Shown in pieces: positions 13,210-27,800 of a DNA stretch of 64,000 bases (positions are counted from its first letter, which is position 1; every line of letters starts with the position of its first letter). The notes beneath the pieces were generated by a model. That model was given only the letters and a program-made list of their open reading frames with translations, had not been told where the DNA came from and searched no databases. Made by a program: the position numbers and the translations under genes. The stretch is from Octopus vulgaris (taxonomy: Eukaryota). The stretch is taken from assembly GCA_951406725.2 (NCBI GenBank), contig OX597827.1, forward strand, positions 64,294,001-64,358,000. Direction: 5' to 3'.

Positions 13210-15957
13210 AGAAAAATGTGCTCACTATAATAGAACTCTTTTCAAGCGAACATAAACATGCTATCTATCCAACGCTATGAATATCTTTCGGTAGTAGTGT
13301 CTTGGAGTAAGCGCATACTATAATTATTTACTTCTCGAAAATTCCATCGTCGGATATTAAGATTGCACAAAAATATTCTCTTTTTCTCTTTTTACTTGTT
13401 TCAGTCATTTTGACTGCGGCCATGCTGGAGCACCGCCTTTATTCGAGCAACTCGACCCCGGGACTTATTCTTTGTAAGCCTAGTACTTATTCTATAGGTC
13501 TTTTGCCGAACCGCTATCTGACGGGGACATAAACACACCAGCATCGGTTGTCAAGCAATGCTAGGGGGACAAACACAGACACACAAACATACACGCACAT
13601 ACATATATACGACGGGCTTCTTTCAGTTTCCGTCTACCAAATCCACTCACAAGGCTTTGGACGGCCCGAGGCTATAGTAGAAGACACTTGCCCAAGGTGC
13701 CACGCAGTGGGACTGAACCCGGAACCATGTGGTTAGTAAAATTTCGATTATAAAAAAAAGTAAATTTTATTCTCATTCCTTTCATGTTTCTGAATTCTTT
13801 GCTGGTGTTAAAGGGGAATTTCAACCGTGTTTCGTGGTCTACTACCACAACAGCTCCTTTATACGATCCAGTTAGCTCAAGACATCATCAGGAGGAACCA
13901 CGTCCGGTTTCAGCCCCTACACCTATACCGTTTTGACGTGGAGAGGTCCCCCCTTTCGGAGGTATCTTCATCTCTGGTGTTGGGTGCATGTCTTCTTTCT
14001 TCTGTTCCCTGGCCTCTTCGATGTAGCGTCAACGAGTGTCAGCGGGCGACTGACTGACTTGTCACATTTTTATCCCTTTAAATAATGATAATAATGTTAA
14101 TAATCTACTCCATACTGAAGAAAGCTACTTATTAATAAGTTGTTATTATGTAACTTTTATTGAAAGAAAGCAACTATAAACGGTTAGATTGTCTGGAAAA
14201 TTATTTATAAAGTCCAGTTTTAATATGTTTTTATCAAAATGCAGTTTTGAAACTTCTTTATTACGCTTCTGTTACAAATCATATTCAATGCGACATTTCA
14301 GTTTACTGCGTGGTAGTTTATATTGTTGGAAATATAAAAGTTGCTCTAACATTTGCAGCGCAAATAAACGGTTAGATAACTATAACTATAAACGGTTAGA
14401 TTGTCTGGAAAATTATTTATAAAGTCCAGTTTTAATATGTTTTTATCAAAATGCAGTTTTGAAACTTCTTTATTACGCTTCTGTTATAAATCATATTCAA
14501 TGCGACATTTCAGTTTACTGCGTGGTAATTTATACTGTTGGAAATATAAAAGTTGCTCTAACATTTGCAGCGCAAATAAACGGTTAGATAACTATAACTA
14601 TAAACGGTTAGATTGTCTGGAAAATTATTTATAAAGTCCAGTTTTAATATGTTTTTATCAAAATGCAGTTTTGAAACTTCTTTATTACGCTTCTGTTATA
14701 AATCATATTCAATGCGACATTTCAGTTTACTGCGTGGTAATTTATACTGTTGGAAATATAAAAGTTGCTCTAACATTTGCAGCGCAAATAAACGGTTAGA
14801 TAACTATAACTATAAACGGTTAGATTGTCTGGAAAATTATTTATAAAGTCCAGTTTTAATATGTTTTTATCAAAATGCAGTTTTGAAACTTCTTTATTAC
14901 GCTTCTGTTACAAATCATATTCAATGCGACATTTCAGTTTACTGCGTGGTAGTTTATATTGTTGGAAATATAAAAGTTGCTCTAACATTTGCAGCGCTAC
15001 TTTCTACAGATTATAAGCTCAATCCAGTATCAACCGAGTTTAAGTTGATTCCTATATCCTTTCATATTTGTTGGGTTTTGTAGAAGAAATAGAAAGCTGA
15101 ATAAGAAAACTGGCTTTAATTTACGTCAGTTTGGCATAACTGCATATACATCTCCACCCAACTCCACGATATTACCTCCGCATAACTTTCAAGGAAACGA
15201 ATTTTCTTTAAATGTTATGTTCTAAACATACTTTTCAGATGCTATAAATTACGATCACATCGAAATTTTATGTGAAAAAAATACGGAGTGTGCGATATTT
15301 CATGAATCTCGACGCAGGAGTGGCTGTGTGGTAAGTAGCTTGCTAACCAACCACATGGTTCCGGGTTCAGTCCCACTGCGTGGAATCTTGGGCAAAGTGT
15401 CTTCTGCTATAGCCCCGGGCCGACCAATGCCTTGTGAGTGGATTTGGTAGACGGAAACTGAAAGAAGCCTGTCGTATATATGTATGTGTGTGTTTGTGTG
15501 TCTGTGTTTGTCCCCCTAGCATTGCTTGATAACCGATGCTGGTGTGTTTACGTCCCCGTCACTTAGCGGTTCGGCAAAAGATCTATAGAATAAGTACTGG
15601 GCTTACAAAAAGAATAAGTCCCGGGGTCGATTTGTTCGACTAAAGGCGGTGCTCTAGCATGGCCGCAGTCAAATGACTGAAACAAGTAAAAGAGTATGAA
15701 ATGGGGAAAGAAGTCATGTTGAAAAAGAAATTACCTTTGAGGACTATAACACCCTTTCCTGAAAACTCTTTTTTTATAATCGAAATTTTGAGAATATTTT
15801 TGCGCAATCTTAATATCTGACGAAGGAATTTTCGAGAAGTAAATAATTATGGTAGGTGCTTACTACAAGACACTACTGCCGAAAGACATTCATAGCGTTG
15901 GATAGATAGCATGTTTATCTTCGATTGAAAAGAGATCTATTATAGTGAGCACATTGT
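13210..15957. mobile_element. Foldback-like element with ~200-bp inverted repeats
   Basis: 13210-13380 plus 13738-13760 (split by a SINE) is the reverse complement of 15770-15957. Confidence 0.65.
14172..14997. repeat. Tandem repeat, 212-bp unit, ~4 copies
   Basis: Near-identical ORFs start at 14189, 14401, 14613 and 14825. Confidence 0.95.
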
Positions 15958-16427
15958 TATTTACTCTTCTACTAGTTTCATTCATATGACTGCGGCCATG
16001 CTGGAACACCGCCTTTAGTCGAGCAAATCGACACCAAAACTTATTCTTTTGTAAGTCTAGTACTTATTCTATCGGTCTCTCGTGCTGATAGGCTAAGTTA
16101 TGGGGACGTAAACTCACCAGCACCGGTTGTCAAGCGATGTTCGAGTGGGTGGAACTTTAGCTTGGAACCATGTGGTTGGTAAGCAGACTTGTTACCATTT
16201 AGCCACATATATATATACACGCATACTCTTTACTCTCTTTTACTTGTTTCAGTCATTTGACTGCGGCCATGCTGGAGCACCACCTTTAATCGAGCAACTC
16301 GACCCCAGGACTTATTCTTTTGTAAGCCCAGTACTTATTCTATCGGTCTCTTTTGCCGAACCGCTAAGTAACGGGGACATAAACACACCAGCATCGGTTG
16401 TCAAGCAATGCTAGGGGGACAAACACA

Positions 16428-16485
<58 letters not shown>

Positions 16486-17518
16486 TACGACGGGCTTCTT
16501 TCAGTTTCCGTCTACCAAATCCACTCACAAGGCTTTGGTCTGCTTGAGGCTATAGTAGAAGACACTTGCCCATGCATACGTTTATATATACTTTCGTCAT
16601 TATTTAACATCCACTTTTCCATGCTTGCATAGGTCAGACGGAATTTAATGCAGATTTTTCTGTAGTCGGATGCCTTTTCTGTCGACAACCCTCACTTGGC
16701 TAGATTTGTTTTCCACAGATGATTGGAACAGCCTCGTTTGTATGATGCCGATGTCCATTTACAATCATCACGTGATGTCTAGACAAGATTACAAACAAAC
16801 CCACATGGCTGCGTGGTAGAATGTTTTCTTCCCGACTTCATCGTCACGGGTTCAGTACCACTGGGTGACACCTTGAGCAAGTGTCTTCTACTATGCCCCC
16901 GGACTGGATGTGCATGTATATGTATATATTGTGTCTTTGGGTTTGACAAACGGCGTTGGTTTATTTGCGTCCCCATAAACTGCTGTTCGAAAAAAAGAAA
17001 CCGATAGAATAAGTACCAAAGTTTACAAGAAGTACTGGGGTCCATTTATTCGACTGAAACCCTCCAAAGCGGCGCCCCAGCGTGACCGCAAACCAACGGA
17101 AGACATGTATGTATATAAAAGGTTTCTTTCCGTCTACAAGATCTAAATACAAGGTATATTATAAAGGATTATATATATATATATATATATATATCTCACA
17201 AAATCAGGCGCAAGAGTGGCTGTGTGGTGAGTAGCTTGCTTACCAACCACATGGTCCCGGGTTCAGTTACATTGCGAGGCACCTTGAGCAAGTGTCTTCT
17301 GCCATAGCCTCGGGCCGACCAAAGCACTATGAGTGGATTTGGTAGACGGAAACTGAAAGAAGCCCGTCGTATATATTTGTGTGCCTGTTTGTCCCGTCCA
17401 ACATCGCTTGATAACCGATGATGGTGTGTTTACATCTCCGTAACTTAGCGATGGGGTTGATTTGTTCGATTAAAGGCAGTGTTCCAGCATGGTCACAGTC
17501 AAATGACTGAAACAAAGA

Positions 17519-17558
<40 letters not shown>

Positions 17559-17885
17559 GCGCAGGAGTGGCTGTGTGGTAAGCAGCTTGCTTACCAACCA
17601 CACGGTTCTAGGTTTAGTCCCACGGCGTGGCACCTTGGGCAAGTGTCTTCTACTATAGCCTCGGCCCGACCAAAGCCTTGTGAGTGAATTTGGTAGACGG
17701 AAACTGAAAGGACCCGTCGTATATGTGTGTGTGCGTGCGTGTCCGTGTTTGTGCCCCCACCATCGCTTGACAACCGATTTTGGTGTGTTTACGCAAAACA
17801 GACCGAAGTCCTGAGGTCGATTTGTTCAACTAAAGGTGGTGCTCCAGCATGACCGCAGTCAAATGACTGAAACACAAAAGGGAAA

Positions 17886-17944
<59 letters not shown>

Positions 17945-18667
17945 CGTGACCGACCAGGCTATCAGATGTTGCTACACATCGCTGGTCACAATGCGCTTCG
18001 CATTGTTTTAGCCTTCAAATGACGCCATCCCACTGGCTAAGCGAGCAGGCCAACAGAAGAAAGAGAGAAAGTTGTGGTGAAAGAGTACAGCAGGGATCAC
18101 CACCACCCCCTGCCGGAGCCTTGTGGAGCTTTAGGTGTTTTCGCTCAATAAACACTCACAACGTCCGGCCTGGGAATCGAAACTGCGAGTCCGCTGCCCT
18201 AACCACTGGGCCATTGCGCCTCCACACACACACACACATATACACATGCGTATTTGTATGTGTACTTAGTTACTATAATTCATGCATCAAATTCTACAAT
18301 TTACCATCAAAATATTTTCATATAAAACTATTTTATCGATTACTTTGAAATACACTTCATGCATCCAGCCAAACATCAACCAGTCTAGCATTTTGAGAAG
18401 TGTGCGGATACACTTTATCAAGATGCACTGATATCATTGGTTAGATGGTGGTGGTGATGATAAAATTGTTTGTGCCTGTGATACCGTTGATTCATTTGGT
18501 CACCATTCTGTCACTATGACTTACTAGTATAACGAACAATTTTAATACCAACAAATTGATAAAATGCATCAATATTTTGAAACTAAAACACTACTGTTAA
18601 TGGACAGATATAAATCGATAATTTTGAACTCATAAGAAAAGGTAGGACATCGTATTTGACAAAATTA

Positions 18668-19212
18668 TTGGGTTGTCCGGAAAGTTCGTGCCGATTTATT
18701 TTAGAACATGATTGAGTCCATGAAATAGGATTTGACTACACCTCCATTTAGAACACAGTTTAAGCTATCTTTTCGTGGAAGAAGGTTTATGTTCCTATAA
18801 CCTGTGTTAATTCTGTAAACCTTTAAAATGGAAGATAAGAAAGTTCATTTTCGGCACTTGATGCTTTTCTTTTTCCGTAAAGGGAAAAAAGCCTCACAAA
18901 TAACCAAAGAGATATTCGCAGTTTACGGTGATGTTTCTTTATCCGAAAGAACTGTACGGAAGTGGTTCGTAAGGTTTCGAGCTGGAGATTGTAGCCTTAT
19001 TGATAGAGAGCGATCAGACAGACCATCCGCTACAGATGATGACCAAATCAAGTCATTCATTGAGAATAACACACATTGCACAACCCGAGAATTGGCAGAA
19101 AGCCTCAACCTATCAAAATCCGTCGTTCATGAGCATCTGGTAAAGCTTGGGTAATGGCAAGTATTTATTGATCCTTTTCTAAAAATCGGCACGAACTTTT
19201 CGGACAACCCAA
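18668..19212 (+). mobile_element. Internally deleted mariner; ORF 18828-19154 encodes only the N-terminal HTH DNA-binding part
   Basis: ~30-bp TIRs ttgggttgtccggaaagttcgtgccgattt, TA on both sides; protein HFRHLMLFFFRKG..SERTVRKWF.RFRAGD..RS.RP. Confidence 0.9.
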
Positions 19213-20557
19213 TATCTTGCTAGAATCTTTTTGCTATCTTTCCATTAACATTCCGGTTTCAAATCACGCCATGGTTGACCTCACCAAGTATTCTACTTAA
19301 AGCCCTTTGCTCTATATGAAGCAGAGAGCCATCAACGAATATTCTGGAGTGTTCTAGACACAAGCGCTGCCTTTTCTGCCTGGATCCCTACTTTTTCAGG
19401 TCTACCTCAATATCTCACCTCTATTTTTAAGGTGTCTTCTCTTCCGTTTTCCTTGTGGGTATTTCGTGAAGGAAGGCCTTCCTTTCCTATGTCTTGTTGG
19501 TTTTGAATAATCATCGAAGCTTCTTTAAATTTGCTTTGTCTTTTTTTTCTTTCTAAGTAGCAGTGTTGGCCCTATGCAAATACATTTCCCCCTCTGGTAA
19601 GAGATGGTCCATATTAATCTAGCTTCGATCCTTTGATACGTCGAGCACAGAAGTCTCTACCAGGAACTTGTGCATCACCAGCACACCTCTCGGAGTCATC
19701 GAGGTCGATAAATTAAATACCTTTTTCTTTACTACCCACAAGAGGCTAAACACAGAGGGGACAAACAAACGGATTAAGTCGATTATATCGACCCCCAGTG
19801 CGTAACTGGTACTTATTTAATCAACCCCGAAAGGTTGAAAGGCAATGTCGACCTCGGCGGAATTTGAACTCAGAACGTAGAGGCAGACGATAAATTAAAT
19901 ACCAGTTACGCACTGGGATCGATGTAACCGACTTAATCCCTTTGTCTTTGTTTGTCCCGTCTATGTTTAGCCCCTTGTGGGCAATAAAGAAATAAGAAAT
20001 TGCTGTTCAATAAAATTTAAGGTTGTTAGATGCCAGTGTTCACAGGAACTTTAGGATAAAAAGAAAGGGAAAAAAAACACACTAATATTTATTGTACCAA
20101 TCCAAGGAGCTGGATTTTCAGAACCGTTGAGTCTATGTGGCTTGTGTGTTTGCCTGAACAATAGAAAACCAAGCAGCCGCTCACTGGTTATATCATTACC
20201 AACTCAAAAACTCGAAGATTACTCTTCATTTTCCACATCATAGATTCTATATGCATCAAAATAATCATCACATTTCCTAACATGTCCATTAAAAAACATT
20301 AACGAAAGTACTGGACAGGAATACTTTGCAGTATTTGTTCTCGGGCATTATATTCTGAGCACCCACGTAGGTGTGAGACACCTGTTTTCAGGTATGTCAT
20401 TTTACAGGGCACAACCAAAGCAGCACTACGAGTGGATTTGGTAGACGGAAACTGAAAGAAACCCGTCGTATATATTTGTGTGCCTGTTTGTCCCGTCCAA
20501 CATCGCTTGATAACCGATGTTGGTGTGTTTACATCCCCGTAACTTAGCGATAGATTA

Positions 20558-23500
20558 AGTTAGTTAGTTAGTTAGTTAATTTGGCTCAAAAGCAAATAGC
20601 AAGGCCATGTAGGGGGACATGGAGTTAAGTACAGGGTGGTGTTCATGTAAAGAGTTCAGGCCACTTGAGGTCTAGGGAGGCTTTGAACAAAGCGGTCGTC
20701 GGCATCTTCACCATCTCGTCTGGCAGCTTGTTCCACGGATCCGCAACTCGGACGGAGAAAGCTCCTCTCCTTCGATTGATGAAATCGTCGCAGGTAGAGC
20801 TTTTCGGAATGACCCCGCAGCCGACGCTCCGGAGCAGGAGTGAAGAACAGCTCTTTCGAGAGGTTACACTTCCCGCTTATGATGTTGTGGGCGAGAATGA
20901 GATCACCACGGCGGCGGCGTTTTTCAAGAGAATAAAGGTCGAGCGTCCTCAGCCTTTCTTCGTAGGACAAATTTTTGAGACCATGAACCATGCGGGTAGC
21001 CAGCCTCTGGACTCTTTCGAGGTGCTGTATGTCTTTGAGGAGATAAGGAGAAGAGGCTTGAATCCCATACTCCAATATGGGTCTCACCAGCGTGACATAG
21101 GGTGGCAGGAATATGGCTGCTGTGAGCATTCCGAATGACCGTCGAATCAAAAACAGAATTCCGCGCGCTTTGTTGGCAGCATGGACGCACTGGGCCGAAG
21201 GCGAAAAGGAGGAATCCACCAAGATACCCAGGTCCTTTACCTGATCGGTCCTCTCCAGCAGCAGACGACCCGGCTCGAAATCAAGCTGAGTTGCAGGAGT
21301 AGAGCCGACAGGCAGATGACAGCACTTTGACACGTTCAGACACAGGTCCCAATCGTTAGACCACTTCCAAATTTGGTGGAGGCATCGACGAAGATCCTCT
21401 ATACTACCGCGAGGAGCGACCAGTTTGATATCGTCGGCAAATAGAAGGGTGTGTTGCGTGAGGTCGTCGGGCAAGTCATTTATGAAGATTAAGAACAAGG
21501 GCCCAAGCACTGAACCTTGAGGCACGCCACTGCTCGCACTGGAGACGTCGGACCGCGAACCATTAACTTGAACTTGGAAGGAGCGATCTGAGAGGAAGGC
21601 ACCAACCCATCGTACAATATCCGGATGGAAACTACATGCTTGAAGCTTGACAAGTAGTAGGCGGTGGTTTACCGAGTCAAAAGCTTTGGCAAAGTCCAAT
21701 AAAACGATGTCAACAGCATCACTATCATCGAGGATGCGCGTCACCAATTCTTCCATTACTAGTAAGTTGGTCAAGCATGATCTCTTCGGCACGAAGCCGT
21801 GTTGGGAATCAGTGATCGAGGCTGTGTTTAGGAGGTGGAGCATCATACTTTTCTTAAGGATGGTTTCGAACATCTTGCTGATTATTGATGTAAGGGAAAC
21901 CGGTCGGTAGTTAAGCGGGTCTTCGCGGCTCCCTTTCTTGAAAATTGGGCAGATTATCGCTGTTCTCCAGTCTGCAGGTATAACACCCGTCGCCAATGAC
22001 ATATTGAATAGTCGTGTTAAGGGCTCGCAGATGACCGGAGCCAACGCTTTGATAACCCGTGGGTGTATGCCGTCAGGGCCGTGACCCTTGTTGACATCGA
22101 GGCCTTGAATAACACGTTTGACTTCGTCCCGCGTGATGATCAATCGAAGCATTGGAGGTACCGATCTATCAAATGGAGGGGTTTCACGACCATCATCTTG
22201 TTTGAAAATAGTTGAAAAAGCCTCGGCAAATAATTGACTGTTGATAAGGGTCCTCAATCGATACGCCTGTTGAGTCTACCAACGTTGCAATCTGGTTGTT
22301 CAAGCGGGAATTCCGCTGGACATGGGCAAAGAAGGTTTTTGGATTGCTACAGGCATTTGCCGCGATTTTGTATTCATAACTGAAGCGTTCTTTCTTTTCA
22401 ATTTTCACGGCTCGGTCTCGTTGAGTTTTGTACACCTCAAAAGCTGCAGTCGAATCCAGATTTTTGAATTCAGCCCAAGCAATATCTCTGAGTCGACGTT
22501 CTCGTTTAACCTTCTTCGTCACCCAGGGCTTGTGTTTCTTCCTCATGGGAAGCCTAACGGGAACTGCCTGGTCAGTCAAACAGATTACATATGCTTTGAG
22601 GGATGACCATAGTTCGTCAACTGAGGACAACGTCATCAAGGAACGCCAGTCCAGAAGCGTGGAAGCCTCGGTTAGAATTTCAGGATTAGTTGCAGAGAAG
22701 ACTACGTGGCAGCGAAGTAATCGTGGGCGTGGAAAAAGTTGTGTGCATGACGAACTTCAGGACCGCATGATCACTCTTGGCAAGAGGGGCGCACACAGAT
22801 ACGTCTGACACTGATCTTGGATAGCGGGAGAATACCAGATCTAGCATAGATGGCTGCTGCCCAGACCGATGCCTTGTCGGATATTCAACATGTTGCGATA
22901 GAAAACAATCTTCAGCCACGTCAAGAAGGGCCTGGCCGAACCGGGAAGATGTACAAATTGATGCGGGTCAATCGATCGTGGGAGCGTTGAAGTCGCCTAG
23001 TACCAAGCAGTCATGCGAAGCTGAAACGAATCTTATCGCTTCGAGTAGATGAGCATCGTCCTGGGGGTCGGCCTGTAGACAGCCAACACGGGCAGGCAAA
23101 ACTCAGATAGGCTCAGCTTGCAATAGACGGCATCGAATTTGGTTGCAGGTTGAGCATTTGTGGGTAGAATACCGCAGGACGGTTTGTGCTCAGACTTAAC
23201 ATACACAGCAACACCTCCACCTCGCCTTTTTCCTCTGTCACATCTGAAAAGGACGTAGCCCTGCAGGTGGATTTCTGAGTCCTTTACTGCTGGAGTCAGC
23301 GAAGTCTCGGTGATAGCTATCACATCAGGGGAGTCGCGTGTGGCCAGTGTAAATAGTTCACTGAACTTCGGGAATAAGGAGCACGAGTTGGTGTAGACGA
23401 TGCTGAGCTGTGAAGTCTGAGGGGCGGGAGTTGGGGAACAAGCAGAATAAAGGGCATCAGAGATAGCATCGTTGACGGGGGTATCAACTTCACTTCGATT

Positions 23501-23690
23501 TGCCCTCACATCACTTTCCCTGTCAGCACTACAGCATGGGACCAGAGGTAGGACTTGATTATCTGTCCATCTTGGATTCGTAAACCCTTCTCTCCCATTT
23601 GTTTCCTCATCTTTAGCTCGGATATCAGGTTCCTCCGGCGAATTCTCTCTCTTAGTACCGATAGGCTTGTTACTGAGATACAATGAGGAA
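20558..23690 (-). mobile_element. CR1-type LINE ORF2 (APE endonuclease + RT), frameshifted, with (TAAC)n tail
   Basis: YTN..PDVIAITET..GGGVAVYV (APE); NYRPVSLTS, QHGF, LDFAKAFD, GVPQGSVLGP, FADD (RT); LRGH C-terminus. Confidence 0.9.
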
Positions 23691-25804
23691 TCACTTTTGT
23701 TTACTCTTTTACTTGTTTCAGTCATTTGACTGCGGCCATGCTGGAGCACCGCCTTAACTCGAGCAAATCGACCCCAGGACTTATTCTTTGTAAGCCTAGT
23801 ACTTATTCTATAGGTCTTTTGCCGAACCGCTAAGTTAAGGGGATGTAAACACACCAGCATCAGTTGTCAAGCGATGTCGGCGGGGACAAACACATATATA
23901 CAAGACGGGCTTCTTTCAGTTTCCGTCTATCAAATCCACTCACAAGGCTTTGGTCGGCCCGAGGCTATAGTAGAAGACACTTGCCCAAGGTGCCACGCAG
24001 TGGGACTGAACTCGGAACCATGTGGTTTGGTAAGCAAGCTACTTACCACACAGCCATTCCTACTTTCTATGTTAACAGCATTGTTTTAACGTCGACTTTT
24101 CCATGCTTGCATGGGTCAGACAGAATTTGTACAAGCGTATTTTTTTTTTCTACAGCCAGATGCCCTTGCTGAGCCAACACTCACCTGTTTCCAAGTAAGG
24201 TAATATTTCCGAGGTCCAGAAGATCAGAAATGTGTGACGGTAATTTCGTTTATGACACAAAAACTCAAGGCAAGAAGACAACGACACACACACACGACGA
24301 GTTGGTTTCAATTTCCATTTACCAAATTCACTCTTTGAGGCTTTGGTTGGCATGGGTCCTATAGATGACACTTGCCAAAAGCGGCACACAGTGGGACAGA
24401 ACCTGAGATCATACAATCAAGGAATCTCCTTACCAGCTGAATGCCTTTTCTACTGATAACCCATATATTTTTCAGGGAAGGGGTATATTATTCTATGTAT
24501 TTTTATAGGCACAAAACCTTCATGACCCATGAACAAGGAAAATTATATTTTTAATGCCCATGGTTGAGTAATCTTCGGAGAAGCAGCACAAATGCAAACA
24601 CGTTTCACTCAGACTGTGGCCTTGCTGGGGCAATGCTTCATGGAATTTTAGTCGAACGAATCGCCTCCAATACTTGTTTCTGTCTACCAAATCCACTTAA
24701 AAGATTTTGGTTGGCGTGTAGCTATAGAAGTCACTTACCCAAGGTGGAACACAATGAGACTGAACCTGGAACCACGTGGTTGGGAGGCAAACTTCTTAGC
24801 CATACTATTTATTTTCTGGATTTATCGGGAATGCCATCACAAACACTATGTTTTACTGAAGCAAGTTACTGAGAGTTACTTGTCGATCTTGGTAATGCAA
24901 TAAGGGCCATTCCTTGTGGTTGAGTGAGTTTCAGGTCAACTTAAATAGGCATAGACGTGGCTCTGAGGCAAGAAGTTTGCTTCCTAGCCATATATGGTTC
25001 TTGGTTCAGTCCCACTGTGCTTTTTTTTGTTTCTTAGTCTTGACATTGTGTGATAGTTTTAAAGGACAAGAAATATGAAACTGAAGAAAGAAAAAATAAG
25101 GAAAACAAGAATTCAAGTGTAAAAATAGAGTTTATTTCACCAATATTTTGGCAAGTACATTGACATGACAACTTACAATGGAGAGTAAAGAATGGTGACA
25201 TCAACAAGCATTGGGAAAATATTACATATATGTAATTTAGTCCTTTATTATTTGAACTGACCCAGACGTTTCACCATACAAGCCAACACAGTATATAGTG
25301 TAAACATCCAAATATCTATATTTCCAAATCCTGCTGTATTTCAGAGGGAACTTTTGGTCTTGCAAAAAGTTAACCTAGCTTTAGCCTGAAAATTTTCACT
25401 TGTAAGCTGGAAAATGTGGTACCTGTTTTATTAACATCTGTATGGTACCTGTTTTATTAACCAAGCAGATCTGGCCTCTCACACGTACCCTACAGTGTCA
25501 TTTTAAAACTAAATGATCATTGAAATTTTCAAAATGTTAATGTATGATTAATTCAAAACAATGTAGTTAAACAGGCATCACAATTCACAGAGTGATCTGA
25601 ATGCTAAAGGGTTAAAAATGATCAACTGTGTTTATATTCATATACCATATAAAAATGATTCATAAAACAATGGACAACAAATGATCAATCAGTAAAGCCA
25701 AATATTTTGACAAACATAAATAATTAACCAAATTCAAGATTTGTGACAAAATATTTTTGATATTTTTTCAGACACAATACCATAGTCTACAAAAGAAAAA
25801 AAAA

Positions 25805-26020
25805 AAAAAAACCTACTGCAATGAACATATAAGAAAAAAAAATTCTACTGCAGTGACCATATAAAAAAATAACAATTTTGCTGCAGTGACCATATAAAAA
25901 AAAAAAATTACTGCAGTGACCTTATAGGAAAAAAATTAAAAAAATACTGCAGTGATCATTTAAGAAAAAAAAAAAAAAAAATTCTACTACACTCACCATA
26001 TAAGTAAAAAAAAAAAAAGG
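25805..26020. repeat. Minisatellite: tactgcagtgaccatata + poly-A, ~6 copies
   Basis: Direct reading. Confidence 0.8.
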
Positions 26021-27020
26021 TGCCCAGGAAGGTCAAGAAAATACTTCTTGCCTGAACTGTTCTTTATAAATGTGGATTTTACCAAACAAGTAACTCAGTG
26101 CTATTATTCACAAGTGAGTACAGTAATTTCTTTTAAATTTATTAACTTTTCTATTATTTAACTTGAGCTATTAATAAATTTAACATCTGTCTCTGTATAT
26201 ATTGAACAATTTCTCTTAGTTGTATATGTTTAAAAGCCTAAAATATGTTCATGTCACAACACCATGGTTTTGGGTTCAGTCCTACTCTGTGGTACCTTGG
26301 GCAAGTGTCTTCAACTTATAGGCAGGGACCAACCAATGCATTTTATGTGGAATTGTTTGATGGAAACTATATGAAGCCTGTTGCATGTGAGTATATATAC
26401 CATCTCTATTATGTGATGCATGCTATGGCTGGCTATTAACAAAAAGTGAAAAATACTCATTAAAAATCACAATAATTTACAGGGTAATGGCAATAAGGGC
26501 TGTGGAATGGATAGTGAAAGGGTCTGGCCTGGCAGGTGTCTCAGGGTACTGCAGCCTGGGCCCAGCCATTACCTTGCTACTGCAAGAAAGTTCAGACCAT
26601 TGAATATTTGCACCTCATTAGATTATGAATCCTTTTTAACATTCCCCGAAAGGGCTTTTTTTGAGGTTTCAAAACTGTCTCTGATAATAATTTTGAATGC
26701 TTATAATTCTATTTTTATCTTTTACTGGTTGGTTTCAGTCACTAGACTGCAGAGTTTAGTTGAACAAATCAACCCTAGTACTTTTTTTTCTTTTTAATTA
26801 TATTAGTATCTGATACTTATTCTATTGGTTCCTCTTTGCCAAAACAAGGGGATGTAAACAAACAAGACACACACAAAAGGCTTCTTTCAGTTTCTGTCTA
26901 CTAAATCCACTTTGGGGTACTATATTTGCTCAAGATGTCACACTCATGTGGTTGAAGAGAAAACTTCTGAGTACACAGCCACGCCAGCACCACTTCTGTG
27001 GTAAATTAATAGTATTCAAT

Positions 27021-27555
27021 GACCGCATCCTGTCCCCTTTAGTTGCTGCCTTTTCATCCCACATATATGACACTAACCACGTCTCTTCAATTCCTTTTCC
27101 TTCCCTCCCGGGCCCTCACAACTCTTCTTCACCTTAGACGTAAAATCCCTATACACGGTAATTCCACACAACGATGGTCTCTTAGCCCTCCAATACTTCC
27201 TCGATCGTCGCCCTGACCCCACACTCAGCACCCCCACCCTTCACCTGGCAGAGCTCATCCTCACCCTCAACTGCTTTACGTTCGCTGGGGAAACCTACCA
27301 ACAGGAGTCTGGAGTCGTGATGGGGATGAGAATGAGCCCCAAGCATTCTCTCAATTCTCCAGGCTGGCCCCAGAGCTATATGGTCGCTACATAGATGACA
27401 CCTCCCTCTCTCATGAACAACTGCCACTTCATCTCTTTCTTCTAGCTTCCACCCTTCTCTTCAATTCACTTCTATCTCTGACACCTCTGTTAACTTCCTT
27501 GACATCTCTCTTACCATTGACAACCCCACCCATTCCCTCACCACGTATATTTTCA
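27021..27555 (+). pseudogene. Penelope-like element RT fragment
   Basis: FFTLDVKSLYTVIPHNDGLLALQYFL and LAELILTLNCFTFAGETYQQESGVVMG. Confidence 0.75.
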
Positions 27556-27560
27556 CCAGT

Positions 27561-27695
27561 AAGAAATTTCGAAGTGAACAAGAAATGAAATCTCATTGGC
27601 TAAATAAACACAAAAAAAATTTCATGAGAGCTATAAGCCATCCAATGTATGATACCATAATGAAGAAGGTCCTTGAATGTATTAAACTTAAAGAG
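27561..27695 (+). pseudogene. Parvovirus-like NS1 fragment (type A, diverged copy of 41963-42085)
   Basis: KKFRSEQEMKSHWLN..NFMRAISHPMYDT.MKKVLECIKLK in both copies. Confidence 0.7.
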
Positions 27696-27711
27696 ATAAG
27701 AGGCAGATAAA

Positions 27712-27800
27712 ATGGCACCCTGTTTGTGAACCTCAATCATAACAGGTACATAGGCACAGTGTACATCGGATGAACCAGATGATGATTTATTATCAAGTAA
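27712..27800 (+). pseudogene. Short piggyBac transposase fragment
   Basis: Similar to 50281-50365 (YNK.MGGVDRLNQMMSYY region). Confidence 0.55.

Noticed and set aside
14189-15016. Four repeated 63-77-aa genes
   Set aside because: They result from the 212-bp tandem repeat, have non-ATG starts and show no protein motif
23694-23860. N-terminus of the 275-aa LINE ORF
   Set aside because: The frame simply reads through an adjacent SINE
25805-26020. CRISPR-like array
   Set aside because: The spacers are poly-A runs rather than unique sequence, the repeats are degenerate, and there are no cas genes
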